In this document: positions 10,867 to 19,149 of the stretch, piece after piece
Numbering within the stretch: the first letter of the stretch is position 1
Layout: every line of letters begins with the position of its first letter
Assembly: GCA_048939995.1 (NCBI GenBank)
Contig: JBHLOY010000004.1
Span: 32,001-96,000 of the forward strand
Direction: 5' to 3'
DNA from: Promethearchaeota archaeon
GTDB lineage: Archaea > Asgardarchaeota > Lokiarchaeia > Sigyniarchaeales > SOKP01
Length of the DNA stretch: 64,000 nt
Notes under the pieces: model-generated
Databases searched by the model: none
Seen by the model: only the letters and a program-made list of their open reading frames with translations
What the model was told of the DNA's origin: nothing
Translations under genes and position numbers: made by a program

Positions 10867-11067
10867 CTAAGAGTCTCGAAATAACCTTGTTTTCTCAATA
10901 GTTTGGCTTTCATGACAATGTGGGCAAATCCAAGTAGTTTCGCTTCTTTTAACTGATTTTATGCAGTCATTACATATGGTAATATCGCAAATACAATAAT
11001 AACACTCATTTAAGAGGTCTTCACAATTTTTTCCACAAATATAACAAAAAGGAGGATTTTTTGACAT
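10867..11067 (-). CDS. Stand-alone C4C4 RING-like zinc finger
   Basis: C-x2-C-x13-C-x-C-x4-C-x2-C-x12-C-x2-C. Confidence 0.65.
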   Translation of the reverse strand: MSKNPPFCYICGKNCEDLLNECYYCICDITICNDCIKSVKRSETTWICPHCHESQTIEKTRLFRDS

Positions 11068-11163
11068 TTTATCTTACAATTAACACATAATTTGATATTG
11101 TGTATTATACTTTTAATTTTAAAAATTATTTTATTTAATAAAGAATTAAGAATTTAGTTTATT

Positions 11164-11352
11164 ATGAGTAATCAACTACGATCTCGAATAACTCTATTGG
11201 GGCTTTTTAGTATTTTTTTTATCTATAAAGCCATTGAAGCAGTTATTAATCAATCTACTCCTGAATTTGCTTTGTGGTTTATGATAGCCATTGTTTATGT
11301 ACTCTCTCTTATAATTATGTACTTTGTGATAAAGAGGAAGCAAAAAGTTTAA
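11164..11352 (+). CDS. Small two-TM membrane protein
   Basis: Two hydrophobic helices, basic C-tail. Confidence 0.6.
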   Translation: MSNQLRSRITLLGLFSIFFIYKAIEAVINQSTPEFALWFMIAIVYVLSLIIMYFVIKRKQKV

Positions 11353-11368
11353 AAGTTTTATGCGCTCT

Positions 11369-11632
11369 CTATTTTCTTTTCAAAAAATCAGCTAATAATC
11401 CATCTATTCCAAGAGTTTTAAATATAGTATCTTTAATATCCATCTGAATTTTCATATCCCGCATAATCTTAAGAGATTCTTCTAGTGTTTTTGAAAAATT
11501 CTCACTCATCTGCTTAATTGTATCAGAAGTTAGTTTTAACGATTCTCTGATTGCTTTATTTGTCTCATGTAACTCCTCAGCCATTCTATCCATACTTTTT
11601 CTCAATTCAGAAAGTTCCTCTTTTATACCCAT
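11369..11632 (-). CDS. Small coiled-coil protein
   Basis: Heptad pattern over about 65 aa, amphipathic C-terminus. Confidence 0.65.
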   Translation of the reverse strand: MGIKEELSELRKSMDRMAEELHETNKAIRESLKLTSDTIKQMSENFSKTLEESLKIMRDMKIQMDIKDTIFKTLGIDGLLADFLKRK

Positions 11633-11781
11633 AACTGCGTCATACTTTTATTGTTTTTCTTCTATTATTTTTGAAAATATTTCAAATTTTTAGTATCTTT
11701 CTAAAATTATTAAATATAATAAATATTCTTTAATATTTTCTATTTTATATTCAATATAATAAATTAAAAATTAATGGGATT

Positions 11782-11937
11782 ATGTCTGAGTGGAAATATA
11801 GACTTGATGAATCAGAATCCGATGATCCTTTTTGTTCAGGATGAGGAATAATTGATGGTGTGATTGCCTGTTTCCGATCTCTCAAGAAAAGACGTATGCA
11901 AACAAAAATAAACTCAAAAAAGAATCTCACAGATTAA
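11782..11937 (+). CDS. Putative 51-aa selenoprotein (CxxU), absent from ORF track
   Basis: MSEWKYRLDESESDDPFCSG-U-GIIDGVIACFRSLKKRRMQTKINSKKNLTD; TGA at 11842-11844, frame open 30 more codons to TAA; SECIS-like hairpin follows. Confidence 0.55.
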
Positions 11938-11945
11938 ATCAAAAA

Positions 11946-11998
11946 TATTAGGATCTAATCTTCAAAGCGATGTGAAAGCTCGAGATTAACGATAAATA
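11946..11998 (+). promoter_or_regulatory. Candidate eukaryote-type SECIS element (AGGA/GA core)
   Basis: UAUU/AAUA helix I; GA 11952-53 opposite GA 11991-92; UAAUCUU/GAGAUUA helix II; unpaired AA; AGC/GCU mini-stem. Confidence 0.5.
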
Positions 11999-12003
11999 AG
12001 TTC

Positions 12004-13389
12004 TTAAAATGGGTTATTAACCCCTTCTCCAACTTTTCTATAAATAAATCCTTTACTCTCAACTATTTTCTTCTCAAAGATATTTCTACCATCAATAATA
12101 ATTGGAGTTCTTACTCGTTTCTTTAAATCATCCAAATCTATATTGTAGTATTCCTTATGATTAGTTGTAAAGATTAAAACATCTGAATCAGATACACATT
12201 CATTAAAATCGTTTGTAAAGCCAGTTAAATTATAATTTTTTGATTTTACATATGGATCATGAGCTACGTAGAAAATATTATGTGAGTGATATTTCATTGT
12301 TAAGGTTTTGATAATATGTTCTGAAGGGGTATTTCGAGTATCATCTGTATTCGCTTTGTAAGACACTCCTAAAAGGCAAACCTTTATATTGTCTACTGGT
12401 TTTTTACTTTCATTCAAAGCATCTTCCATCAATTCTACCATGTGCTTAGGCATGTAATCATTTAGATTTCTGGAATCTGGCATAATTTTTATCATTGCTT
12501 TATTTTTTTTCTGAGTATATTGATTATACCCATATAAAAGTAGCCATGGATCCTTCGATAAACAATGACCTCCAACCCCAGATCCAGGAAAATGCATCAT
12601 CCTATCATCTCTTTGGTTAATTAGCGCGATAATCTCAAAAATATTTCGTCCAAAATCTTCACATAATAATGCCATCTCATTTGCAAATGCGATGTTTATG
12701 TCCCTGTATGCGTTCTCTATACATTTGGTTAGTTCTGCTGTCAAAGTATCAGTGATTTGTAAATCCCTCTTAACTACCTTTCTATATAAGAACTTGGCTT
12801 TTTCATTTGCTTCTTTACAACCCCCTCCAATTACACGTGGAATATCAGTAATAAATTCTATTAATTTCCCAGGCATGCCTCGTTCAAATGAAAATACAAG
12901 ATAAAAACCCTCACTTCTCTTTAATCCACTAACTTCTTCTAATATGGGTTGAACTATATTATCTGTTGTTCCCGGGGCAACTGTGGACTCGATAATGATA
13001 GTGACTCCATTTTTCATATGTTTAGAGATTTTTTCAGAAACTTCTATAAGTGATTCATATCTTGGTATTTTATCTTCAATCTCAACTGGAGTTTGAACAT
13101 CAATTAGAATATAGTCTGCTTCTGAACAGACATCAAATTTATCAGTTACATAGAATTTTTTGTCTCTCACTACTCTACTAATTAAATCATTTAACCCCGG
13201 TTCCTCACCTTCAAAGGGGTTTTTTCCTTCATTAAGCCAATCAATTTTCCATCCTGATCTCATTGACCTTCGTTGAATTCCAACAACATAAAAATCCTCT
13301 ACATCAGCTAACATAACTGCCATAGGGATCCCAACATACCCCATTCCAATAACTACAATTTTAGTGGGCACTTTATGTTCTAACCTCAA
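12004..13389 (-). CDS. Nucleotide-sugar dehydrogenase (UDP-ManNAc/UDP-GlcNAc dehydrogenase, WecC-like)
   Basis: GMGYVG, ESTVAPGTT, ENAYRDINIAFANE, PGSGVGGHCL, YKANTDDTRNTP, IIDGRN. Confidence 0.9.
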   Translation of the reverse strand: MRLEHKVPTKIVVIGMGYVGIPMAVMLADVEDFYVVGIQRRSMRSGWKIDWLNEGKNPFEGEEPGLNDLISRVVRDKKFYVTDKFDVCSEADYILIDVQTPVEIEDKIPRYESLIEVSEKISKHMKNGVTIIIESTVAPGTTDNIVQPILEEVSGLKRSEGFYLVFSFERGMPGKLIEFITDIPRVIGGGCKEANEKAKFLYRKVVKRDLQITDTLTAELTKCIENAYRDINIAFANEMALLCEDFGRNIFEIIALINQRDDRMMHFPGSGVGGHCLSKDPWLLLYGYNQYTQKKNKAMIKIMPDSRNLNDYMPKHMVELMEDALNESKKPVDNIKVCLLGVSYKANTDDTRNTPSEHIIKTLTMKYHSHNIFYVAHDPYVKSKNYNLTGFTNDFNECVSDSDVLIFTTNHKEYYNIDLDDLKKRVRTPIIIDGRNIFEKKIVESKGFIYRKVGEGVNNPF

Positions 13390-13628
13390 TTAAATTTATA
13401 TCTAGCTATATTCTATAAAGCTCTATAATTGAAAAACATTTATTAAAAGAAGTAAGAAAAAAAGATTTATAGTTTCTTTTTCTTGTATGAAGTACCTTTT
13501 GATGGGCAATAATAGCTACAATGCTTAGTGATACAGAATGCAATTAAATCACCATTTTTTAAAATTTGATATATTTTATTATGTCATAAAACAATTTTAT
13601 TAATATTTAAAAATTTAAATGAATATAT

Positions 13629-14825
13629 ATGAAAATTGGTAGATTAAGTTTACATGATATTGCGAAAATTAGGCCAGATTCCTTAAAACGAAGAAGAATA
13701 TCAAGTTCTGATAAAACAGGAGGAAATATCGATTCAGTAACTATAAAACCTGGAGAAAAAAGAGTTATAGCTACTGATGAAGGAGCGGGATGCATTACCC
13801 ATATTTGGTGTACATTGGCTTGTAGGGCAAGATATTATTTACGTAATGTAATAATCAGAATGTACTGGGATGGTGAACCTGATGATAAACCAAGTGTGGA
13901 GGTCCCAATTGGAGATTTTTTCGGGATGGGACATGCAAAACATAAAAGTTTTGTCTCACTTCCATTACAGATGAATCCGAGGAATGGAAGAGGATTTAAT
14001 TGTTGGTGGCCTATGCCCTATTCTAAAGGATTTAAAATGACTATTGAAAATGATAGTACAAAGAAAGTTATAATATATTATTATATTGATTATGAGATTT
14101 ATGAAGAAGGTTTTGATAATGATAGCGATTATGGAAGATTTCATGCACAATGGCATCGAGAAAATCCACCGAATGTAAAGCAAGTAGATACCGAATCAGG
14201 AAAGAAGTTTAAAACTACAAAACCAATTAAATTTATGTTCTCTGGAAAGAATCAAGAGCCTTTAAAATACAATTATAAAATCCTTGAAGCAAGAGGAAAA
14301 GGGCATTATGTTGGGTGTCATTTGGATATTGATAATATAACTTTTATGCCTTGGTTTTTGAATTGGCCGGGTGAAGGTGATGACATGATATTTATTGATG
14401 AAGATATCGAGAAAAAAGTCCCTACATTATACGGAACAGGGACCGAGGATTATGTTAATCAAGCGTGGAGTCAGAGCACAAAGTATCATGCCCCATACCA
14501 TGGTACTATTCTACCTGGTGGATTTAACTGGTGGGGGAAAATTACTTATTATCGTTATCATATCGAAGATCCAATATATTTTAATAAAGAAATAATCGTT
14601 TCCATTGAACATGGTCATGATAATCATAGAAAAGATGATTGGTCTTCAACATCATATTGGTACCAAATTGAACCGCATGATCACAACTTGTATCCAAAAT
14701 TACTAAACCGAGAAGAGAGGAAACCAAGATCTCATGCAAATCACATGATTAGAAAACTACTGTGCATTATATCATCACTTTCGATTCTAATTTTGATTTT
14801 GGTATATTACTTCTGGTTAATATGA
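13629..14825 (+). CDS. DUF2961 / GH172 family protein with C-terminal TM anchor
   Basis: GCITHIW, RMYWDGE..PSVEVPIGDFF, GEGDDMIFID, GTGTEDY, IEHGHDN. Confidence 0.88.
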   Translation: MKIGRLSLHDIAKIRPDSLKRRRISSSDKTGGNIDSVTIKPGEKRVIATDEGAGCITHIWCTLACRARYYLRNVIIRMYWDGEPDDKPSVEVPIGDFFGMGHAKHKSFVSLPLQMNPRNGRGFNCWWPMPYSKGFKMTIENDSTKKVIIYYYIDYEIYEEGFDNDSDYGRFHAQWHRENPPNVKQVDTESGKKFKTTKPIKFMFSGKNQEPLKYNYKILEARGKGHYVGCHLDIDNITFMPWFLNWPGEGDDMIFIDEDIEKKVPTLYGTGTEDYVNQAWSQSTKYHAPYHGTILPGGFNWWGKITYYRYHIEDPIYFNKEIIVSIEHGHDNHRKDDWSSTSYWYQIEPHDHNLYPKLLNREERKPRSHANHMIRKLLCIISSLSILILILVYYFWLI

Positions 14826-14878
14826 AATACCATATTCCTCTTAAATAGAGAACAAGAAATAGATAAAAAATCTCAAGG

Positions 14879-15265
14879 TTATCCTTTTTCTTCTAAAAGG
14901 TTTTTAACATATTTTAATAGATCTTTGCCCGAAAAGGGTTTTGTAATATACCCATCTGCTCCTAATGCCTTACCTTTTTGAATGTCTTCGTTAAAACTTT
15001 TAACGGTAAAAATTACTACTAATATATCTTTATAAAGGTCGTTAGATTTTATGTTTCGTAACACATCATAGCCACTTACACCAGGCATCATTAGATCAAG
15101 TAAGATTAAAACGATTTCATTGAACTTTTCTTCCACAATCTTTAAAGCTTCTTTCCCATTACTGCAAGTTATAGTATGATATTCATCTAATTCTAAAAAT
15201 TTCTGGGTAAGGTTTACAATATCAGGTTCATCATCAACAACAAGAATAGTTTTCTTTTCAGCCAT
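14879..15265 (-). CDS. Single-domain response regulator (CheY-like)
   Basis: ILVVDDE, LLDLMMPGVSG, GADGYITKPF. Confidence 0.93.
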   Translation of the reverse strand: MAEKKTILVVDDEPDIVNLTQKFLELDEYHTITCSNGKEALKIVEEKFNEIVLILLDLMMPGVSGYDVLRNIKSNDLYKDILVVIFTVKSFNEDIQKGKALGADGYITKPFSGKDLLKYVKNLLEEKG

Positions 15266-15359
15266 TTTACTCTCTATTTGATTTTAATCTTGATTGTTGT
15301 ATATTTTTAACAAATATATATTCGTTTACCTATTTAAATAGTTTATCTGATTTTTATAT

Positions 15360-16034
15360 ATGTTATTCTGTATGACGCGAAAAAATAAGCTTCCAGAATT
15401 TCCGGACTCCTATGTAGGTGAAAAATCATCAGAGTATGATAATTCTAAATGGATGGAAAGGAATCAAAAACGAACAACTCTGAGTTGTATCCAATATTTA
15501 TTTGACAAAAAATTGGATTTAGTTGGAAAGAAGGATTTTCTGGATAAAAAACCCTACTTAATCCTTGATTTAGGTTGTGGAACTGGATTTTCTTCAGAAA
15601 TATTAATAGATTCAGGATTTAGAGTTATAGGAATAGATATTTTATTAGACATGATCTTTAAAGCGAAAACTAAAATTGATTATTTAGAAAAAGGTTTCAA
15701 CCTAAATCTTATTCTTGCGGATATTAGGCATTTACCTTTGAGAACAGAATCAATTGATCATGTAATTTCGATTTCGGCATACAATTTTATTTTACATGGT
15801 GCAAAATATCGTAAGGAAAAAAGTAGAATAGTAAATAATGCTGTAAAGTTGCTTAAAGATATATTAAAGAAAAATGGAAGATTAATTATAGAATTATATC
15901 CAAATAGTGAAGAAGATTTAATTCTTTTTCAATCATCATTTATTAATAATGGATTTAATGGATTTGTGATTAAAAAAAATCCAAAACAAACTAAGGGACA
16001 AACCTTTCTTTTGCTTAAAAAAGTGGTGATATAA
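15360..16034 (+). CDS. Class I SAM methyltransferase, Bud23/WBSCR22-like
   Basis: LDLGCGTG; ISISAYNF; IELYPNSEED; GFNGFVI..NP; N-terminal PE..Y...Y.....Q helix. Confidence 0.7.
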   Translation: MLFCMTRKNKLPEFPDSYVGEKSSEYDNSKWMERNQKRTTLSCIQYLFDKKLDLVGKKDFLDKKPYLILDLGCGTGFSSEILIDSGFRVIGIDILLDMIFKAKTKIDYLEKGFNLNLILADIRHLPLRTESIDHVISISAYNFILHGAKYRKEKSRIVNNAVKLLKDILKKNGRLIIELYPNSEEDLILFQSSFINNGFNGFVIKKNPKQTKGQTFLLLKKVVI

Positions 16035-16035
16035 A

Positions 16036-17178
16036 GTAGGTCATTGTGAATTCTGTGGAAAGAAAGATAAAATCATTTCAGAAGTTCTTTCTGTATGTCG
16101 TGATTGTATTTTAAATAAAGATTGGGAAATTATTAAGCCCCATATTCTTTCAATACATAGCCAAGTAAGAAATTTGGTTGATTTACCCCGAAAACCTCCT
16201 AAGACAGAAGATTTAGATATCCAATTAAAATGTAATTTTTGTATTAATGAATGTATCCTATCTACTGGAGATATCAGCTACTGCGGATTAAGAAATGAAT
16301 CAAAAAATAAAAATGGCACACAACCTTTTCCCTCAAGCTCTAAAGGCTATATTCATGGTTATCTTGATCCAAATCCTACTAATTGTTGCAATGTCTGGTT
16401 TTGCCCAGCAGGTACATCTTCAGGATATCCTATTTATTCTAATTATGAAGGTCCCGAATTTGGCACATATTCTTATGCTGCATTCCTATATGGATGCTCC
16501 TTTAATTGTCTTTTCTGTCAAAATTCTTCTCATAAATACATCTCAGAAAGATATTTGTATGATGTTGAATCTCTAGCAGATCAGATAGTTAAAAATAAAA
16601 AGATTACATGTCTATGTTATTTTGGAGGCACTCCAGAACCCCAATTACCCTTCACGATTAATTTAGCTAATAAGATTTTAGAGCAAATTAAGAAAGAAAA
16701 TTCAGAGAGGAAATTTAGAATATGTTGGGAATGGAATGGAAGTGGAAGACGAGACCTAACTGAGAAATGTATGCAAATTGCCTTAACTTCTGGAGGAAAC
16801 ATTAAGTTTGATTTAAAGGCTTTTAATGAGAAACTGAATCTATCCTTATGTGGTATTAGCAATAAACGAACATTAAAAAATTTTCAATATTTAGCAGAAA
16901 AATATTTCGGTACTAGAGGAGAAACTATGCCAGAAATAAGTGCTTGTACATTGATGGTACCTGGATATGTTAACTATGAAGAAGTGGAACAGATTGCAAA
17001 ATTCTTGAGTGAAATCAACAAAAAAATACCATACAGTCTATTAATATTTCACGGAGCTTATCAAATGAAAGATCTACCCATCACTCCAAAGGAACAGGCA
17101 TTAAAATGCTTGAAAGTGGCCAAGAAATATTTGGAAAATGTGAATTTAGGAAATAAATTTCTATTGGGATTTTCTTGA
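16036..17178 (+). CDS. Radical SAM protein (PflA/AmmeMemoRadiSam-like) with N-terminal Cys clusters; true start upstream of ORF-track 16174
   Basis: CSFNCLFC; YFGGTPEP; frame open from 16030 encoding GHCEFCG...VCRDCI. Confidence 0.8.
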   Translation, partial: VGHCEFCGKKDKIISEVLSVCRDCILNKDWEIIKPHILSIHSQVRNLVDLPRKPPKTEDLDIQLKCNFCINECILSTGDISYCGLRNESKNKNGTQPFPSSSKGYIHGYLDPNPTNCCNVWFCPAGTSSGYPIYSNYEGPEFGTYSYAAFLYGCSFNCLFCQNSSHKYISERYLYDVESLADQIVKNKKITCLCYFGGTPEPQLPFTINLANKILEQIKKENSERKFRICWEWNGSGRRDLTEKCMQIALTSGGNIKFDLKAFNEKLNLSLCGISNKRTLKNFQYLAEKYFGTRGETMPEISACTLMVPGYVNYEEVEQIAKFLSEINKKIPYSLLIFHGAYQMKDLPITPKEQALKCLKVAKKYLENVNLGNKFLLGFS

Positions 17179-17298
17179 GTTTTAATGGAGTGTTAATATG
17201 ATAAAATATTTATTTTACAAATTATTATCGTTCTTACTATTTACAAGGAAAAATTATTAAAATTTTTAATAATCATTATAAGCTAAAGGTACAGAAGT

Positions 17299-17604
17299 TT
17301 GCAGGCTGCAAGAATCCGTTTAAGCTCAACACAACTAGACTCTCTAAATTCCGTGTGCGAACAAATTGAGAGTGTATGTAAAAGTCAAGGAATAAAAAAG
17401 CATGGTCCCATCCCTTTACCTACTAAACACTTAAAAGTTCCAGTTTTAAAGAATGTATCTGGACAAGGAACTAACAATTGGGCTAAATATGAAATGAGAA
17501 TCCATAAGAGACTCTTTGAAATCATTGCAAATGAACGTAGCATGCATTTAATAATGAAAATACAGATTCCTGAATCGGTGCTTGTAGAAATAGAATTAAT
17601 GTAA
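17299..17604 (+). CDS. rpsJ: Ribosomal protein uS10 (archaeal type)
   Basis: ARIRLSS, GPIPLPTK, YEMRIHKRL, V.VEIEL. Confidence 0.92.
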   Translation: MQAARIRLSSTQLDSLNSVCEQIESVCKSQGIKKHGPIPLPTKHLKVPVLKNVSGQGTNNWAKYEMRIHKRLFEIIANERSMHLIMKIQIPESVLVEIELM

Positions 17605-17691
17605 ATAGCTGATTTTTAATCATAAACACATTTAAATCAGAGAATTAGTTTTATTAAATAGCAAACTTTTGCATTCATAATTCAAACTAGA

Positions 17692-18423
17692 TTGATTCAA
17701 ATGGCAGATTTTCATACTAAAACATTCTATGGACAAAAATCAAGTATGACTCTTACTAGTCCTACAAAAATGGTACCCTACATCTTTTTAAGTTGCATTA
17801 ATAGAAAAAGTGATGGAACATGGGAAAGTTCAAGCAAAGGAGAAGGAAAAACAGTCAAAATCTCCATTGAAGAAATTATATGTATATTAGAAGTGCTTAA
17901 TAGGAGAAGCGCAAACTGGAGAGGCTACCATGTCTTTAAGGATCGCCAAACTGAAATTTATGTTGGTTGGGAAGATGAGACTCGTCAAATATTGACAATT
18001 AAGGTTGGTCATTATACTAAAAAGTTACGATTTCCAAATTTAAATTTAATGACATTGCTTTTAGAGCATTTATTATCAGAAAAAATTGAATTTGCCACAA
18101 GTGGGACATTCGAATCCAAAGAAAAAGAAGAAAAAATTGATGCAGAATCTGAATATAGCTTATTTTCGGAACATATTACCGCGAGAGATGGCCTACAAGT
18201 TGTCGAAACAACAGAATACGGAGTTTCCGTTGAGACTGTAGAAGTTAACGCAAAATTGAAGGTAGAAAGTCCAAAAGCTCTTTTAATTACTTTTGAAACT
18301 GGAGAAGAATTTTGGATTCCTAAATCAACAATTCATTCTGATTATGATGTCGAAAGTAAAGAAAAGTATCAAACTTTCATTGTAGATAAATGGATTATTG
18401 AGAAAAACAAGATAATAAAATGA
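17692..18423 (+). CDS. Hypothetical protein, possible Whirly/PC4-like nucleic-acid-binding domain plus small beta-barrel
   Basis: Two strand-rich/helix units; C-terminal KALLI...EFWIPKS.I...W motif. Confidence 0.5.
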   Translation: MIQMADFHTKTFYGQKSSMTLTSPTKMVPYIFLSCINRKSDGTWESSSKGEGKTVKISIEEIICILEVLNRRSANWRGYHVFKDRQTEIYVGWEDETRQILTIKVGHYTKKLRFPNLNLMTLLLEHLLSEKIEFATSGTFESKEKEEKIDAESEYSLFSEHITARDGLQVVETTEYGVSVETVEVNAKLKVESPKALLITFETGEEFWIPKSTIHSDYDVESKEKYQTFIVDKWIIEKNKIIK

Positions 18424-18543
18424 TCTTAAAAGTGCAGAGAATTGTTTAATAATAATAGCTTATTAAATCTTATTTATCGTCTTAATGCGATTTATTGAGA
18501 AACTAACATATTCTAATTTTAAAATTTTAAGTTTTGTTATTAA

Positions 18544-19149
18544 ATGAGTGAATTGAAAAGACTAAGTAGGAATTTTTTTAACAGGCCTACAAAAGAAGTT
18601 GCTAAAGAATTAATAGGTAAATATATTGTGAGAAAGACAAAAAAAGGAACTATTGTAGGAAAGATTATTGAAGTGGAGGCTTATATCGGTCCTAGTGATA
18701 AAGCCTGTCATAGTTATAATTATAAAAGAACAGAAAGAACTGAAGTAATGTATATGAAACCAGGAACTTTATATGTTTACTTTATATATGGGATGTATTA
18801 TTGCTTAAATATAGTTACTGAACCAGAAGGTATACCTTGTGCTGTTTTGATAAGAAAACTATATCCAATTGAAGGGATTGAAATAATGAAAGAAAATAGA
18901 GGGATAAAGGTAAGCAAAAATTATCAAAATTTAGTTGATGGTCCAGGTAAGTTATGCATAGCTTTAAATATTACAAAAAAAAAATTCAACGGCTTGGATG
19001 CATGTTCGCCAAGATCTATCCTATTTTTTAACAATGGGGAGTTAGTTAATCCAAGAAATATTATTCTTGGGAAGAGAATTGGAATCGATTATGCTCAAGA
19101 GGATAAAGATAAGCTCTTAAGATATACCCTGAAAGAAGAGCTAAGATAA
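18544..19149 (+). CDS. mpg: DNA-3-methyladenine glycosylase (MPG/AAG family)
   Basis: IIEVEAY.G..DKACHS, YVYFIYGMYYCLN, AVLIR, GPGKLC, RIGI. Confidence 0.93.
   Translation: MSELKRLSRNFFNRPTKEVAKELIGKYIVRKTKKGTIVGKIIEVEAYIGPSDKACHSYNYKRTERTEVMYMKPGTLYVYFIYGMYYCLNIVTEPEGIPCAVLIRKLYPIEGIEIMKENRGIKVSKNYQNLVDGPGKLCIALNITKKKFNGLDACSPRSILFFNNGELVNPRNIILGKRIGIDYAQEDKDKLLRYTLKEELR

Noticed and set aside
11774-11851. Alternative 25-aa ORF MGLCLSGNIDL... overlapping the CxxU ORF
   Set aside because: Shorter, featureless, and leaves the downstream open frame and hairpin unexplained; not formally excluded
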